Below, one piece after another: positions 32,227 to 43,266 of a stretch of DNA of 64,000 nt (the stretch's first letter is position 1; each line of letters starts with the position of its first letter). The DNA comes from an uncultured Nitrospinota bacterium (GTDB lineage Bacteria; Tectomicrobia; Entotheonellia; J063; CAVPRW01), in assembly GCA_963707985.1 (NCBI GenBank), contig CAVPRW010000018.1, positions 64,001 to 128,000 of the forward strand, in the 5' to 3' direction. The translations under genes and the position numbers were made by a program. Under the pieces are notes generated by a model. It had not been told where the DNA came from. It did not search any database and saw only the letters and a program-made list of their open reading frames with translations.

Positions 32227-32703
32227 GTGAAACCAACGGTATACATTGAAACAAGCGTCATTAGCTATCGGATAGCTCGACCAAGTCGTGATCTGATCGT
32301 CGCGGCGCACCAGCAGATGACTCATGAATGGTGGGAGCGTGTCTTACCACAATGCGACGCCTTTGTTTCCCCGGTAGTTTTAGAGGAAATTGCGCACGGG
32401 GACCCTGACGCCGCGCAACGACGTCAGCAGAGTGTCGCCGCTTTTCCTGTCGTCGAGGTTGTCCCAGAAGTCCATGCCCTTGCAGCGGCATACTTTGCTG
32501 CCATTCCTCTGCCAGACAAGGCGCAGGCAGACGCCTATCACTCGGCGCTCGCGGCCTGGCATGGGCTCGATTATCTCGTGTCGTGGAATTGTACCCACAT
32601 CGTCAGTGGCCGCGTACGTATGATCGTTGAAGAGATCAATGCGGAGTTTGGCATACGGACCCCAATCATCTGTACCCCCGAAGAACTCATGGAGGTCGCC
32701 TAA
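32227..32703 (+). CDS. PIN-domain toxin (cassette 3)
   Basis: VYIETSVISY, VLEE, DAYH.A.A, YLVSWNC.HI, ICTPEEL. Confidence 0.88.
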   Translation: MKPTVYIETSVISYRIARPSRDLIVAAHQQMTHEWWERVLPQCDAFVSPVVLEEIAHGDPDAAQRRQQSVAAFPVVEVVPEVHALAAAYFAAIPLPDKAQADAYHSALAAWHGLDYLVSWNCTHIVSGRVRMIVEEINAEFGIRTPIICTPEELMEVA

Positions 32704-32903
32704 TGGGACAGGATCCTCTCCAAGAACTGCGTGAGATTCGTCGCCACATAGAACACGCCTGCGAGGAAAGAGGGCAAACCTATGCCGACTATCTCTCCCA
32801 GGTGCAAGGCAAATATACCAAGCGGCTTGTGCGGCGTGGGCCAAAGCCACGTCTCAAGATGAAAGAGCCTCGCGTGGTGCACGAGGCGTCAGGCGAAGTG
32901 TAA
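32703..32903 (+). CDS. small protein, probable antitoxin downstream of PIN toxin
   Basis: TAATG coupling; DPLQELREIR motif typical of partners of this PIN class. Confidence 0.65.
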   Translation: MGQDPLQELREIRRHIEHACEERGQTYADYLSQVQGKYTKRLVRRGPKPRLKMKEPRVVHEASGEV

Positions 32904-32904
32904 T

Positions 32905-33020
32905 AGCCAAGCCGAAGATATTGCGTAGACCGTTGTGTTTCTCTGCTTACCCCACAGTGACTTTATCACGGGGCAGATCCTGGCCGTGGATGGTGGTTTC
33001 TCCATTGCGGGCATCCAATG
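32905..33020 (+). pseudogene. SDR oxidoreductase C-terminal fragment
   Basis: EDIA*TVVFLC...FITGQILAVDGG. Confidence 0.6.
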
Positions 33021-33130
33021 GAAATAGAAGCAGGCGCGGCCGGGCGGTGGTAGGCGTCAGGCCCTCACCACGGCACTTCCCCAGATGGCCTGTCTGGAGG
33101 ACGGAGCCTAATGCCAGACACTCAGACCCC

Positions 33131-33212
33131 ACCGAACAAAGGCCTGGAGCTGACGGCTTACAGCGTCTGCTGCGCTCCCGCTTCCAGCCGCAGTTCAAGC
33201 CCGGCGTTAGGT
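33131..33212 (+). other. attC site 3
   Basis: ACCGAAC...GTTAGGT; similar to attC1 (GCTGAC..C.TACAGC...CGCTCCCGCTTCC). Confidence 0.88.
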
Positions 33213-33292
33213 GGTTTTCCTCAACTGCTCAATTAATGATACATTGTGCAGCATGAAGGAGTGTCCAAACCAAGCGAAAGAATGCATGAGCC

Positions 33293-33742
33293 ATGAGGGT
33301 TCCCCATTTCTTTCAGACCAGTGAACAGACATGTGGAGCAACATGCTTGCGGATGCTTGGTGCTATGCTCGGTGTCGCACAAGACGAAGCAACGATTGCT
33401 CAGTACTGTGGGACAACCGAGCTTGGGTGTACTGTCCAGGATCTGGTCGTTGGCGCCCACGCCATAGGCTGACAGGGGGAGATATTTCCCGTCTTTGGCC
33501 GTCCTGCAGCCATCGAAACTCTGATGCAGCAAGTCCCCTTCGTCGCCATGATCGATGTAGCGAGTTTATATGGGACCACGCCGATGTTTCAGTGGCATTT
33601 TGTGGTGCCTTTGGCACTGCAACGAGATGTTCTAACGTTTCATGATCCCGCCGATGGGCCGGACCGTCGTGTGCCACGCGAAGATTTCCTGGCCGCGTGG
33701 GCGACGGCCGGGTATCGAGGAGTACGCGTATGGAGCCCATAG
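33293..33742 (+). pseudogene. stand-alone peptidase C39-like protein, frameshift near 33468 (cassette 4)
   Basis: FQTSEQTCGATCLRM, HFVV, FHDPA (Gln/Cys/His/Asp). Confidence 0.78.
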
Positions 33743-33972
33743 CCCGTGTCCGAGAGTTTCTGCTCGATAACATCGGTCATATGACCTATCCGGGGCAAGC
33801 ATCCTATGACCCTGCGTCGCACCACTGGTTTGTGCCGATCTACTGCCGTACCTCCCGCGGCTCTGTGGTCATCGGAGACATCGAAGTGGATCACCAGGGG
33901 CACATCCTCTTCGCCCCAAGTAGAGAGGAGATGCTGACCCGGCTTTCTCGCACGCCCGTTCCCACCACCTAG
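33730..33972 (+). CDS. small hypothetical protein coupled to the C39 gene
   Basis: Overlaps the C39 3' end; 80 aa; W.VPI...G..VIGDIEVD..G. Confidence 0.6.
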   Translation: MEPIARVREFLLDNIGHMTYPGQASYDPASHHWFVPIYCRTSRGSVVIGDIEVDHQGHILFAPSREEMLTRLSRTPVPTT

Positions 33973-33982
33973 CCCGGGCCTG

Positions 33983-35732
33983 GTCGCGCCAAGAGAAGCC
34001 CGCAGCGAGGGGAGTGGGGAAATCCCGTGAAACTCGCTGTGGTGACCCCGTGGGTGAGAGCAGTGGCGCAAGTCCCACCTGACGCACGCCTCGCCAGCCG
34101 GTCAGAAGCGCCCCCGACGTGCTCAACCAGTCATGGCGGCGTGGGGCGAGGGGGCGTGAGGTGACAGGCCGCGTGAGGGCGCCCCGACAGTGGTAGAGTG
34201 GTGGACCACCGGATCACCCTCCGCGGGATGGAGGGGAACGCCGACGGCTTGCATGCGCCGGAAGGCAGCAGTCCTGGGTGCGCGAGGGCGAGTGTAGAGG
34301 ACACCACCGGGGTCTGAGAGCGGGGCATGGCAGCAGAGGGGTCACTCGGGCACGAGGGACCACCGCAGGACGCCGAGACGGCGTCGTGGCAGTCGTCGCG
34401 GCGCGTCGTCCCGAGGGGCTGCGGGCTACCCCGGCCGGCCGGGACGGTGGGGAACTGCGGCCCACGGGACCCCCGGGAGGGCAGGCAACGCCGGGAGTCG
34501 ATGGGGTGCCCGCGGCGGCATAGGCGGAACCCCTGGAGGTGCACCTCACCGACCGGTACGCGCGCCGGCGGAGGGGGCGCTAGACGGCGCCGCCGGTGAA
34601 GCGGACGTGGCTCGACAAGGCGGAGGGCAGCCAACGACGGCTCGGGATGCCGGTGGGCGAGGACAACATCGTCCAGCGGGCGGTGACGAGGCTGGGGGGC
34701 GCGGGCTCTGCGCAGGACGTTCAGGACGGCGCCCCCGGCTGGCGGGAAGGCCACAGCCCGCACCAGGCGCGGCAGGCGTTGCGGGAGCAGGGCCTGGACG
34801 TGACCAGCGACTGGAGCGTGGAGGCCGAGGTGCGTGGAGGCTTCGACAATCTGGACCATGGCCTGTGACGCGACGTCATGCGGAAACGGGTCAAGGACGG
34901 GCGCCTACGGCGTCTCATCGGGACATGACGGCAGGCGGGCGGGCTGGACGGGGACACCCTCACGTACCCCGAGCAGGGCACCCCGCAGGGCGGCGGCGTC
35001 TCGCCCTTGTGGGCAACGCTCTGCTTGCACGAGGCCTTCGATGTGTGGCGGCAGAGGCACTCTCCTCAGGCCCCCGTCGAGCGTGTTGCGGAGGAGGTGA
35101 TCTGCCATGGCGCGCGCGGCTCAGGCCCAGGAGTTCCGGGTAGCCCTGGCGCGCCGCGTTGCCGACTGTGGGTTGGAACGGCATCCCCAGAAGCCGAAGA
35201 TCGGCTCCGGCAAGGACGATGCCCGACGCGGAACCTACCCCGAAGCGCACGGTGACTTCCTGGGCTACACGTGTCGGCCCCGGCGGTCGAAGCATCGGGG
35301 GGGGAAGGACGGCATCCACTTCAGCCCTGGTGTGAGTAACGCCGCGGCGAAGGCGATCCGCCAGGCGATTCGACGGTGGCAACGGCGGTGTCGGCTGGAC
35401 CAACAGCGCGACGATCTGGCGCGGATGTGCAATCTCATCATCCAAGGCTGGTTCACCTACTCCACGCGCTCCTACCAGTCGGCCCTGTACCGGACCCTCC
35501 AGCCCCTCGACCGGCCACTGGCCAGGTGGGCGATGGCACAAGACCAACGCGTGCGGCGACAGCGGCGGCGGGCACAGCACTGGGGGCGGCGTGTATCCCG
35601 GCGGCAGCCGGGACTGTTCGCACCCTGGCGCCTCTGGCATGCGGGGGCGGCACGATACGAGCCGGATGAGCCGAGAGGGTCACGTCCGGATCTGTGAGCG
35701 CGTGGGGGTGCGAGTCCCCCGCGCGACTCGAC
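33983..35732 (+). mobile_element. group II intron, degenerate RT (probably chimeric)
   Basis: RRLGMP..ED.IVQRA, FDNLDH, GTPQGG..SP, ERVAEE (decayed YADD/FADD), DFLGY; domain V GAGCCGGATGAGCCGAGAGGGTCACGTCCGGATC 35659-35692; domain VI ending AC; 5' end approximate. Confidence 0.88.
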
Positions 35733-36309
35733 TCGTGTGCTTGGTGGAGGCCGATCCGCCACATGACTGGCTCCTCAAGGCAGTGGACCACCGGCTGCGG
35801 GAAGAGTTCGCCAAGCTCCACGTCGAGCTCAACGCAGAGAAGAGCCGCGTCGTCGACCTGGCACAGGGGGAGCGCTTCGGGTTCTTGGGCTATGACTTCC
35901 GCCGTGTTCGCCGTCTCAAAGGGGCATGGCGGCCGCACGACACGCCGAAGCTCACAAAACGTACGGCGGTGCTGCGGAAGCTCAAGGACATCTTCCGGCG
36001 CTTCCAGTCCCAACCCGTGGACCGGGTGGTGGACCTCATCAACCCGATCCTACGCGGCTGGGTGCCGTACGTTGCCGTCGGGCATTCGAGCCAGTGCTGC
36101 TCGTACGTGCGAGACTGGGTGGAGAAGAAGGTGCGACGGCACCTGATGCGTGCCCGGGCACTCCGGGGCTTCGGGTGGAAGAGGTGGAGTAGGCGATGGC
36201 TCTATGACGGGCTGGGCCTGTTCAACGGGTACCGCGTCCGTCGGCTCTTGCGCTCGCCGACAGCGCTCCCACCCCGCCAGGTCTCATCACCCTTGGTGCG
36301 AAGCGAGCA
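35733..36309 (+). mobile_element. 3' half of a second group II intron RT/maturase
   Basis: LV.LV...LNAEKSRVVD...FGFLGYDF...LINPILRGW..Y...VRDWVEKKVRRHL; starts immediately after the YADD position. Confidence 0.85.
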
Positions 36310-37165
36310 TGTCAGAGCACAATACAGCTTTGCTCTTCTGTATGGAGCGGGCCTTGGCGTACCACGGGACTATGAGCAAGCGTATTTCTAGTACAGCCTT
36401 GCGGCCGCCAATCTTCATGCGGGAAACGATCGCAACAACGCCTTGGAAATGATGACCTTGCTCGAACGTTACAGGGGTCGTTCTCAAGTGCTAACCGCAC
36501 AAGAGAAGGTTCGACAATGGGCTCCCAAGAAAGCAGCCACAGCGGGGGAACGGACGTCGTCGGAGGCCCTCGGGAGAGGCCAGCAGGGTCGGCAAACAAT
36601 AGGAGCAATCACGATGGGGTCGGGCTTCGTGGTGAATCCAGAAGGATACGTCATTACCAGCAACCATGTAGTGGAGGGCTGTTCGAAGGTCCACGTTAGC
36701 GGTGCGCGGGTACGCTTGGTCGCGCCAGACGCATCGAACGACCTTGCGCTGCTCAAATACGCCCAGTCATCAGTGACGGCCGCGACGTTCCGTGGCGGAC
36801 GATCGATTCGCCCGGGTGATCAGGCAGTCGTCGTTGGTTTTCCGCTGGCCAGACTTCTTTCTTCTCGCGCCCCTGTGACCACAGGGAATGTCGCTGCGCT
36901 AGTCGGACCCCGGAACAATGCCCGGCTGATCCAGATCACGGCCCCCGTCCAAGTCGGGAATAGTGGAGGACCCGTGCTTGACGAGTCCGGCCACGTGATC
37001 GGTGTGGTAGCGAGCAAGCTTGGCTGGATCGCGTTGCTCGCCGTCATTGGGGATATTCCTCAAAACGTGAACTTCGCGGTGAATGGACGGATGGTCCAGT
37101 CGTTCCTAGATGCGAACGGCATGAGCTACAACGTCAGCGAATCGCTGCTTACCTTGTCCCCGGCT
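36310..37165 (+). pseudogene. Sel1-repeat plus trypsin-like serine protease, truncated at both ends
   Basis: AQYSFALLYGAGLGVPRDYEQAYF*Y; GSGF, ITSNHVV, NDLALL, GNSGGP. Confidence 0.85.
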
Positions 37166-38414
37166 TATAATGTACCCCGAAAACTGGACAGGTGAGGAAG
37201 CTAGCATGCTGTGTCAGTGGGAGAGTGAGGAGCTGAGGAGAGGGGAGATGTCGACACAGCGGCAACGGTCCAGCGCGGCGTTCAACGCTCGGGTCGCGTT
37301 GGACGCCATCAAGGGGCACAAAACGGTCCATGAGTGAGCCCGTATCGACGGGGTGCATCCCACGCAGATCACGCACGGGCAACATCAACGCCAACAGGCG
37401 GTACCGCAGCTTTTCTCCGCGCGTCGCGCCACGCGTGAGCACGACCAGGATGCCCTGCCAGCCCAGCTCTACCAACCAATCGGGCCACTCAAGGGGGAGT
37501 GGGAGTGGCGGAAAAAAAACGCTGGTCTTGTCTCCTGAGGCCAAACGGGAGTTGATCGAGCCCGAGCCGCCACCCCTCAGTATCGCCCGGCCATGTGACT
37601 TGGTGGGGTGATCGCGGTCGCGTGACTCCTAGAGCTCCGAAGGAGAGACGGCTGAGCATCTGCATGGCATGCGCTTGTGGGAGGCACAGGACACCCGGAC
37701 GCCCGTCTCTGGGGGACGCCGGATGACCGTGTGGCTGCGGCCGCAAGGCGACGCCGTGCATCCTCAACGGGTGGCGCGGCTGCTGCGCACCATGGGCTTG
37801 GAGACCATCGATCCCACGCCCCGACTGCGTGCCCCTCATCCGGCGCATCGGGTGTATCCGTTGGCGGCGGGGGGTGCCGATCACGCGGGTGCATCACGGC
37901 TGGAGTACGGCGATGACCTCTAGCCGGCGGCCTGGTGGGTTGGTCTATCTGGTCGCCGTCATCGCTTGGGTGCGTCGGTATGTGCGGTCATGGGCCGTCT
38001 CGATCACCAGGGATGGCGGCTGTTGTCTGGCGGCATTGGACCAGGCTCTGGGGGTCGCGCGGCCGGAGCGTTTTCACCGTGAGCACGGGGCACCGTTCAC
38101 CAGTGTCGACTTCACGGGGAGGTGCGAGACGGCAGGGATCAACATCAGCATGGATGGCCGTGGACGAGCGCTCGACCATGTCTTTGTGGAGCGTCTCTGG
38201 CGCACGGTGAAAGACGCGGAGGTGTCTTTGAAGGATGATGGGAGGCCGAGAGCGGCGCTCCAGGGATTCGAGCCGTTCTTTCACTTGTACAATCGGCTGC
38301 GCCCTCATCAGGCGTTCGGGTACCAGACACCAGTGACCGTATAGTTCGGTTCGTGCCTCTAGCCGACTCTCTTCATGCTCGTCTCAAATGGTCTTGACAA
38401 TGGGGTGCACCTCA
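37166..38414 (+). mobile_element. IS3-family element, heavily degenerate
   Basis: IRs TATAATGTACCCC / GGGGTGCACCTCA; orfA/orfB with A8 slippery run; SMDGRGRALD.VFVERLWRTVK, YN..RPHQA. Confidence 0.88.
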
Positions 38415-38686
38415 AACAGCGGTGTTTTGCAGCTCGGTGGTCAAGTCAGCAGTCGGAGGTGGGGCGGCCCCCGCCGCTGAGCATGGGCCGTTGAACGAAA
38501 CCGCTACGCGGTAGGATGCCAATCGGCTCCGACGGCACCCCTTCTCTCTCTCCCCCTCTTTTGCGCGGCTGAGTGACTCCCTATGGGGCTGTGCGAGGAG
38601 ACCCCTGTCGAACGATCGTGGCCAACACGCACAGGAGGATCGCGATACCTGTTCGCAGACCGGCCACTTCGAGGGTTCCCCCCAAG

Positions 38687-39942
38687 TATAATTGCCCCCA
38701 GAAACCGGACCACTGGTTAAGGTGGAAAAAGGGTATGATGAACCCAGCCAGTGGAGGGTCAACGCGATGTCAACGAAACGCACCTGATACAGTGCCCAGT
38801 TGAAGTTTCAACTGGCTCTGGAAGCCGCGAAGGGGCTCAAGACGATCAACGAACTAGCCAGTGAGCACGGCGTGCATCCCACGCAGAGCAGTGAGTGGAA
38901 GCGCCAACTGCTGGCTGTGGGGGACACGCTCTTCAACCGTCACGAGGCCCGCCAGCACCGAGAGCAGCGGGCACAGGAGGTGGAGCACTATGAGCCAATT
39001 GGGCGCCTCAAGATGGAACTGGAGTGGTTGAAAAAAAAGTTGCCCGATTCAGCTGAGGCCAAACGTCTGATGATCGACGTGGACATTCCCCACATCAGCA
39101 TTCGCCGTCCATGTGACCTGCTCGGGTTCAACCGTTCGACGTTCTATGTTGCGCCCGCTACAGAATCCGAGGAGAACTTGCGGCTGATGCGGCTCATCGA
39201 CGAGCCATACACCAAGACGCCTGTTCACGGCTAGCCGCGAATGACCGCCCATGTGCGACGACTTGGCCTGCAGGTCAACCATACGCGGGTCCAGCGCCTG
39301 ATGCAGACGATGGGGTTACAGGCCATCTACCCCAAGCCACGCCCCAGCACTGCAGCCAAAGAGCATACGCTCTACCCGTATCTGCTGAACGCGGTGGTCC
39401 TGAGCCGCCCCAACCAGGTCTGGAGTGCGGACATCACGTATGTCCGTATGGCCCAGGGGTTCATGTATTTGGTCGCGATCATCGACTGGTAGAGCCGGTA
39501 TGTCCTCGCCTGGCAGCTGTCCAATACGCTGGAGCCCACTTTTTGCCTGGTGGCTCTCGAGAGGGCGCTGGGGCAAGGAGCGCCCATGATTTTCAATACC
39601 GATCAAGGGGTCCAGTTCACGAGCCTCGCCTTGACCGGCCGCTTGGCGCGGGCGGGGATTGCCATCAGGATGGATGGCCGGGGCCGTGCATTCGACCATA
39701 TCTTTAGTGAACGCCTATGGAGGTCCGTCACGTATGAAGACATTGACCTGCAAGACTCTACCACCGTCCCAGCGCTTGACGAGGGGCTCACACGCTACTT
39801 CCACTTCTATAACCATGACCGCCCTCATCAAAGCTTGGCCTATCGAACGCCCGCGCAGGCCCATTTGAAACAGCCGGAAGATCCTGTGAGCCGGCCACCT
39901 TATTTTTAGCCTTCTGTGGTCTTGACAATGGGGTCAATCATA
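38687..39942 (+). mobile_element. IS3-family element, degenerate
   Basis: IRs TATAATTGCCCCC / GGGGTCAATCATA; AAAAAAAAG at 39031; PNQVWSADITY, FNTDQGVQFTS, ERLWRSV.YE. Confidence 0.9.
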
Positions 39943-40845
39943 CTCAGATGGTTCAAAGTCACCATCGAAGATTCCCAACCGTTTCATCTTGGCGAGAACC
40001 TCGTCGCGGTACTTCTCATAGCCATCTTTAAAGACGCTAGAATGCTCAAAGGATCTAAGAGACCTGGGATTGTAGTCCAATGTTGTGTTGTACCCGTAAT
40101 CAATTATCTTCTGTGGCCAGATTTGATGGGGAGCATGATTTGCGCCAGGAGAGAAATACATCATCCAAGGTTTTTCAGGGGCGATCGCCGTCGTATCTTG
40201 GATAAACGAAATGGCCTTATCCACCAAGTCTTCCGATAGATGATAGCCGTTCTCCGTGTCATCCAAATCTGGTGCGTAGGGAGGCTCAATCAGATGATTA
40301 TCATAGACGAGATCCGGATACCATTGATCCGTTTCTCCCCCGAGAAATCCGTAATAGCGTTCAAACCCACGCCCGAGTGGCCAATTACGCTTGCTCGCCG
40401 CCATATTTGCTTCTTCTTCCGGCAGCAAATGCCACTTACCAAGAGCAAAGGTGGTATACCCTCGTTCGCCTAATACGGCTGGAATGAGGGCGTTTTCAAA
40501 GGGGATGCGACCATTAGATCCCGGGAAACCAGAGGTGGCTTCTTCAATGCAAGACATCCCGTTACTGGTCGCATTGCGTCCGTTTAATAGGGAGGAACGG
40601 GTGGGAGAACATAAGGCTGTGGTATGGAAGTTTGTATATACCAAACCCTTGTGAGCAATACGGCTCAGATTGGGCATCTTGATCTTGCCACCAAACATTT
40701 CCCAAGCACCGAAGCCGGTATCGTCAATCACGATGTAAAGAACGTTCGGTGAACCTTTTGGGGCTTTTGGTTCTGCGTATGGTTCCCAATCAGGGACAGA
40801 ATTCCGAATGTCGAGGCTGATCGTCCCATTGAACTGCTTGGTCAT
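39943..40845 (-). pseudogene. arylsulfatase N-terminal part, truncated by IS3
   Basis: PNVLYIVIDDTGF, ALCSPTR (CxPxR), GKWH, HAPHQ. Confidence 0.88.
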
Positions 40846-41289
40846 TAGCGTCTCCTTAAATGAGCATCCTAGAGACAACTTTAAAGCCACTTTTCACGTG
40901 GCTCCTCCGCTCGCAGCCACGATGGCTGTGCACCCGTCCTGTCCGTGCGGGGCCAGCGGCAGGGCGGCACGCAGGGGGCGCTGCGGTCGGGGGAAAAGGC
41001 CGTGTGAATGTCCTCGACTTCCCAGGAGCGGTGTGGAGGTGGCACGCACGATCACCTGGGTTCTCCTCACCTGTTGACGATGACGATTCCAGGGAGGTCT
41101 GGCAGTCTTGGCTCATCGCTTAGAGAAGATAAGGCTTGGTCAAAAAAAGCACTATTGGACGTAAGTCCTATGCTCCTACGCCCAAAGATGATCATTGCTC
41201 GCCTGGCACCGGCACAGAGACGTGGGGTCGGCAGCCACAACGGTAGGGGTGTGAGGATGAATGGAACCGTTATGGAAAGCGTTCCGAAC

Positions 41290-41740
41290 GGGCCAACGGG
41301 GGCATTTCCCTCAAGGAAAAGGCCAGTCCTTTGAACTCATCGCGTCCATGGAGGTTGATATGTTGCCAGGCCACCAGAGACACGTGTTTGAGGCACCCAG
41401 CTCCCCGATGATCGTCTATGCCTTCTTTATGAGCCAGTCAGTTGGAGAAGATAGTGGCGTTATCGTAGCTGAATATTCTCCCCCCTTCGCTGACGAGCCG
41501 GGGATTGAGTTTGCGCACGGGCTTGAGCATTCAGCCCTCATGGTACTGGCTTGGATGCTTGCATCCGTCGAGGGCTGTGCTGACCTTATCGTAGATATCC
41601 CGGTAACGCGGTGCGGACTGATACCCGAATACCTAGGGGAGGGCAAAATTCACCTCGTTGGTCCCGTGCGTATCCGTGGAGTGCACTTCGGGCTGGATGT
41701 CGGTGGTATTGTTGAACAGGATATCGAACACCTATAGGAA
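41290..41740 (-). mobile_element. Tn3-family transposase remnant with internal deletion
   Basis: VFDILFNNTTDIQPEVHSTDTHGTNEVNFA, FGYQ.APRYRD, VAWQHINLHGR.EF. Confidence 0.8.
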
Positions 41741-42119
41741 ATCTGCACCCTCTAGGGACGGGGTCGAGCTCTGAAGCATCACAAGAGCTATGCCCTAGCC
41801 TTGTACAAGATATCCGTGAGATTTTGACTCAAATCCTTGCCGCCGTCCATACAGACGTGGGATGCTTCTCCTGACCAGTCAACCCTGGGTGCGATTAAAC
41901 AACGGTACACAAACCGCCACAGATATTATCAATATGTAGCAGTATCAAAGAGATAAGAGGAAGTGATCGTCACACGGAGCGTTTCTACTGAGGCTTTTCT
42001 TTGATAAAATTCACGGACATTTCTACCACTTTTCTTATCGTTAAACCCCTGTTCTGGGGGTTTTCTTTGAATATTTCTGCCATTGTCTGAGCGTATGGCG
42101 GTTTACGTTCCTTTGTTTC

Positions 42120-42290
42120 ACTCCACCCACGGTAGCGCGATGGTGGGGCACCACGACCGCATGGGCCTGCGTGATGACGAGCCTTCGCGGTCGTGGATTG
42201 CGTCGCACCCCTCGGCTGGATGCCGCGACCCGACGCTGGTAAAGACCGGCGGCGCCGGCTTGCTCTACTGCTTCGCGGTGAACTGCCCCT
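42120..42290 (+). pseudogene. C-terminal fragment of a lectin-like hypothetical protein
   Basis: GSAMVGHHDR.G...SW..SHPS.GC...L.KTGGAGLLYCFA. Confidence 0.55.
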
Positions 42291-42349
42291 GCAACATATC
42301 GACCGGGGACGGCGAACGCCAAGCGCGCCATGACGGTTGTGGCGGGTGC

Positions 42350-42908
42350 TTAACGCTCCATGCCAGGCGCGCCGGCCGGCACGTCGTAGAAGGCGAGCGT
42401 CATCGAGACGCTGGTGTAAAAGCCCATCAGGGTGATCACGTCGGTGATGCCGACATGGCCGAGGGCTTCGACTGCGCGGTCATAGAGCCCCTTCGCCACC
42501 CAGCGTGCATTGGCGAGGCACGTCGCCATCTCGTAGACGACCTGCTCGCGTGTGTCGGAGAACGAGGTCGGCAGGCCCGAGAGTATCGCCTCGACCTTGT
42601 CGTTCGGCAGCCCGGCCGCCTTGCCAGCCCGTTCGTGCGCATTGGTCGGGTAGGCCGAATGCCATTTGCTGTTGATGATGCAGACGGCGATCTCGCGCTC
42701 GCGCTCGCTGAGCGAGTAGCCGGTGCGGAAATGCGCCCCGAGCGGCCCCATCACCTTCGCCAGCTTGGGGTTGTGCACATAGATTCTTGTTCGGGCCGGG
42801 CAGTCGGCCGCGCGTCTCGATCAGCGAGCGGTAGCCCTCCTGCTGCTCCGGCGTCATCTGATCATAGGGAATCTCGGCATAGCGTCCGAAAGTGGGTGTC
42901 TCGGCCAT
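42350..42908 (-). pseudogene. carboxymuconolactone decarboxylase family protein, frameshift near 42785
   Basis: MTPEQ, RGRLPGP, LSEREREIA, AH...G..AGL, GFY..VSMTL. Confidence 0.8.
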
Positions 42909-43266
42909 TGGCTGTCTCCTGTGCTGAAGCGATCGGTTGACGTAACGGAAATTCACACGGCCTTTTTCCCCGCTCGCCGCCCTGCCACTGGCACCGCACG
43001 CTGTGGCGCGACACTCGCCAGCGCGCCAGACCCACGGCGCCGGTACGGACAGGACGGATGCCTGGGGACAGTCAGCGCGGCTGCGAGAGGGGGAATATCG
43101 TTCCACCTCAAAAATTTGGGGCTAGAAGCTCCTGAGCTGATGGATTGCCACGACAAAGGAAAGTTGCTAGACGAAGTCGTAGTATATCCCTTTCCCCCTC
43201 CTGGAGCCAGAGGCACGATGCGTGAGGACCTTGAAGTATAGGAAATGCAAGCGGCCTTTTCCACGT

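Larger units (their letters stand above)
40908..43090. repeat. degenerate 105-140 bp inverted repeat pair (40908-41014 and 42948-43090)
   Basis: Shared blocks CTCGCAGCC, CCGTCCTGTCCGT, GCCAG.GGCAGGGCGGC and AAAAGGCCGTGTGAAT.TCC in opposite orientations. Confidence 0.7.

Noticed and set aside
30588..32261. 557-aa minus-strand ORF across cassettes
   Set aside because: Antisense to vapC, the SBP gene and attC sites, with no recognisable motifs.
33983..36309. RT fragments as the DGR reverse transcriptase for the FGE target
   Set aside because: They have GTPQGG, maturase regions and domain V/VI, so they are group II intron type. No avd or TR is adjacent.
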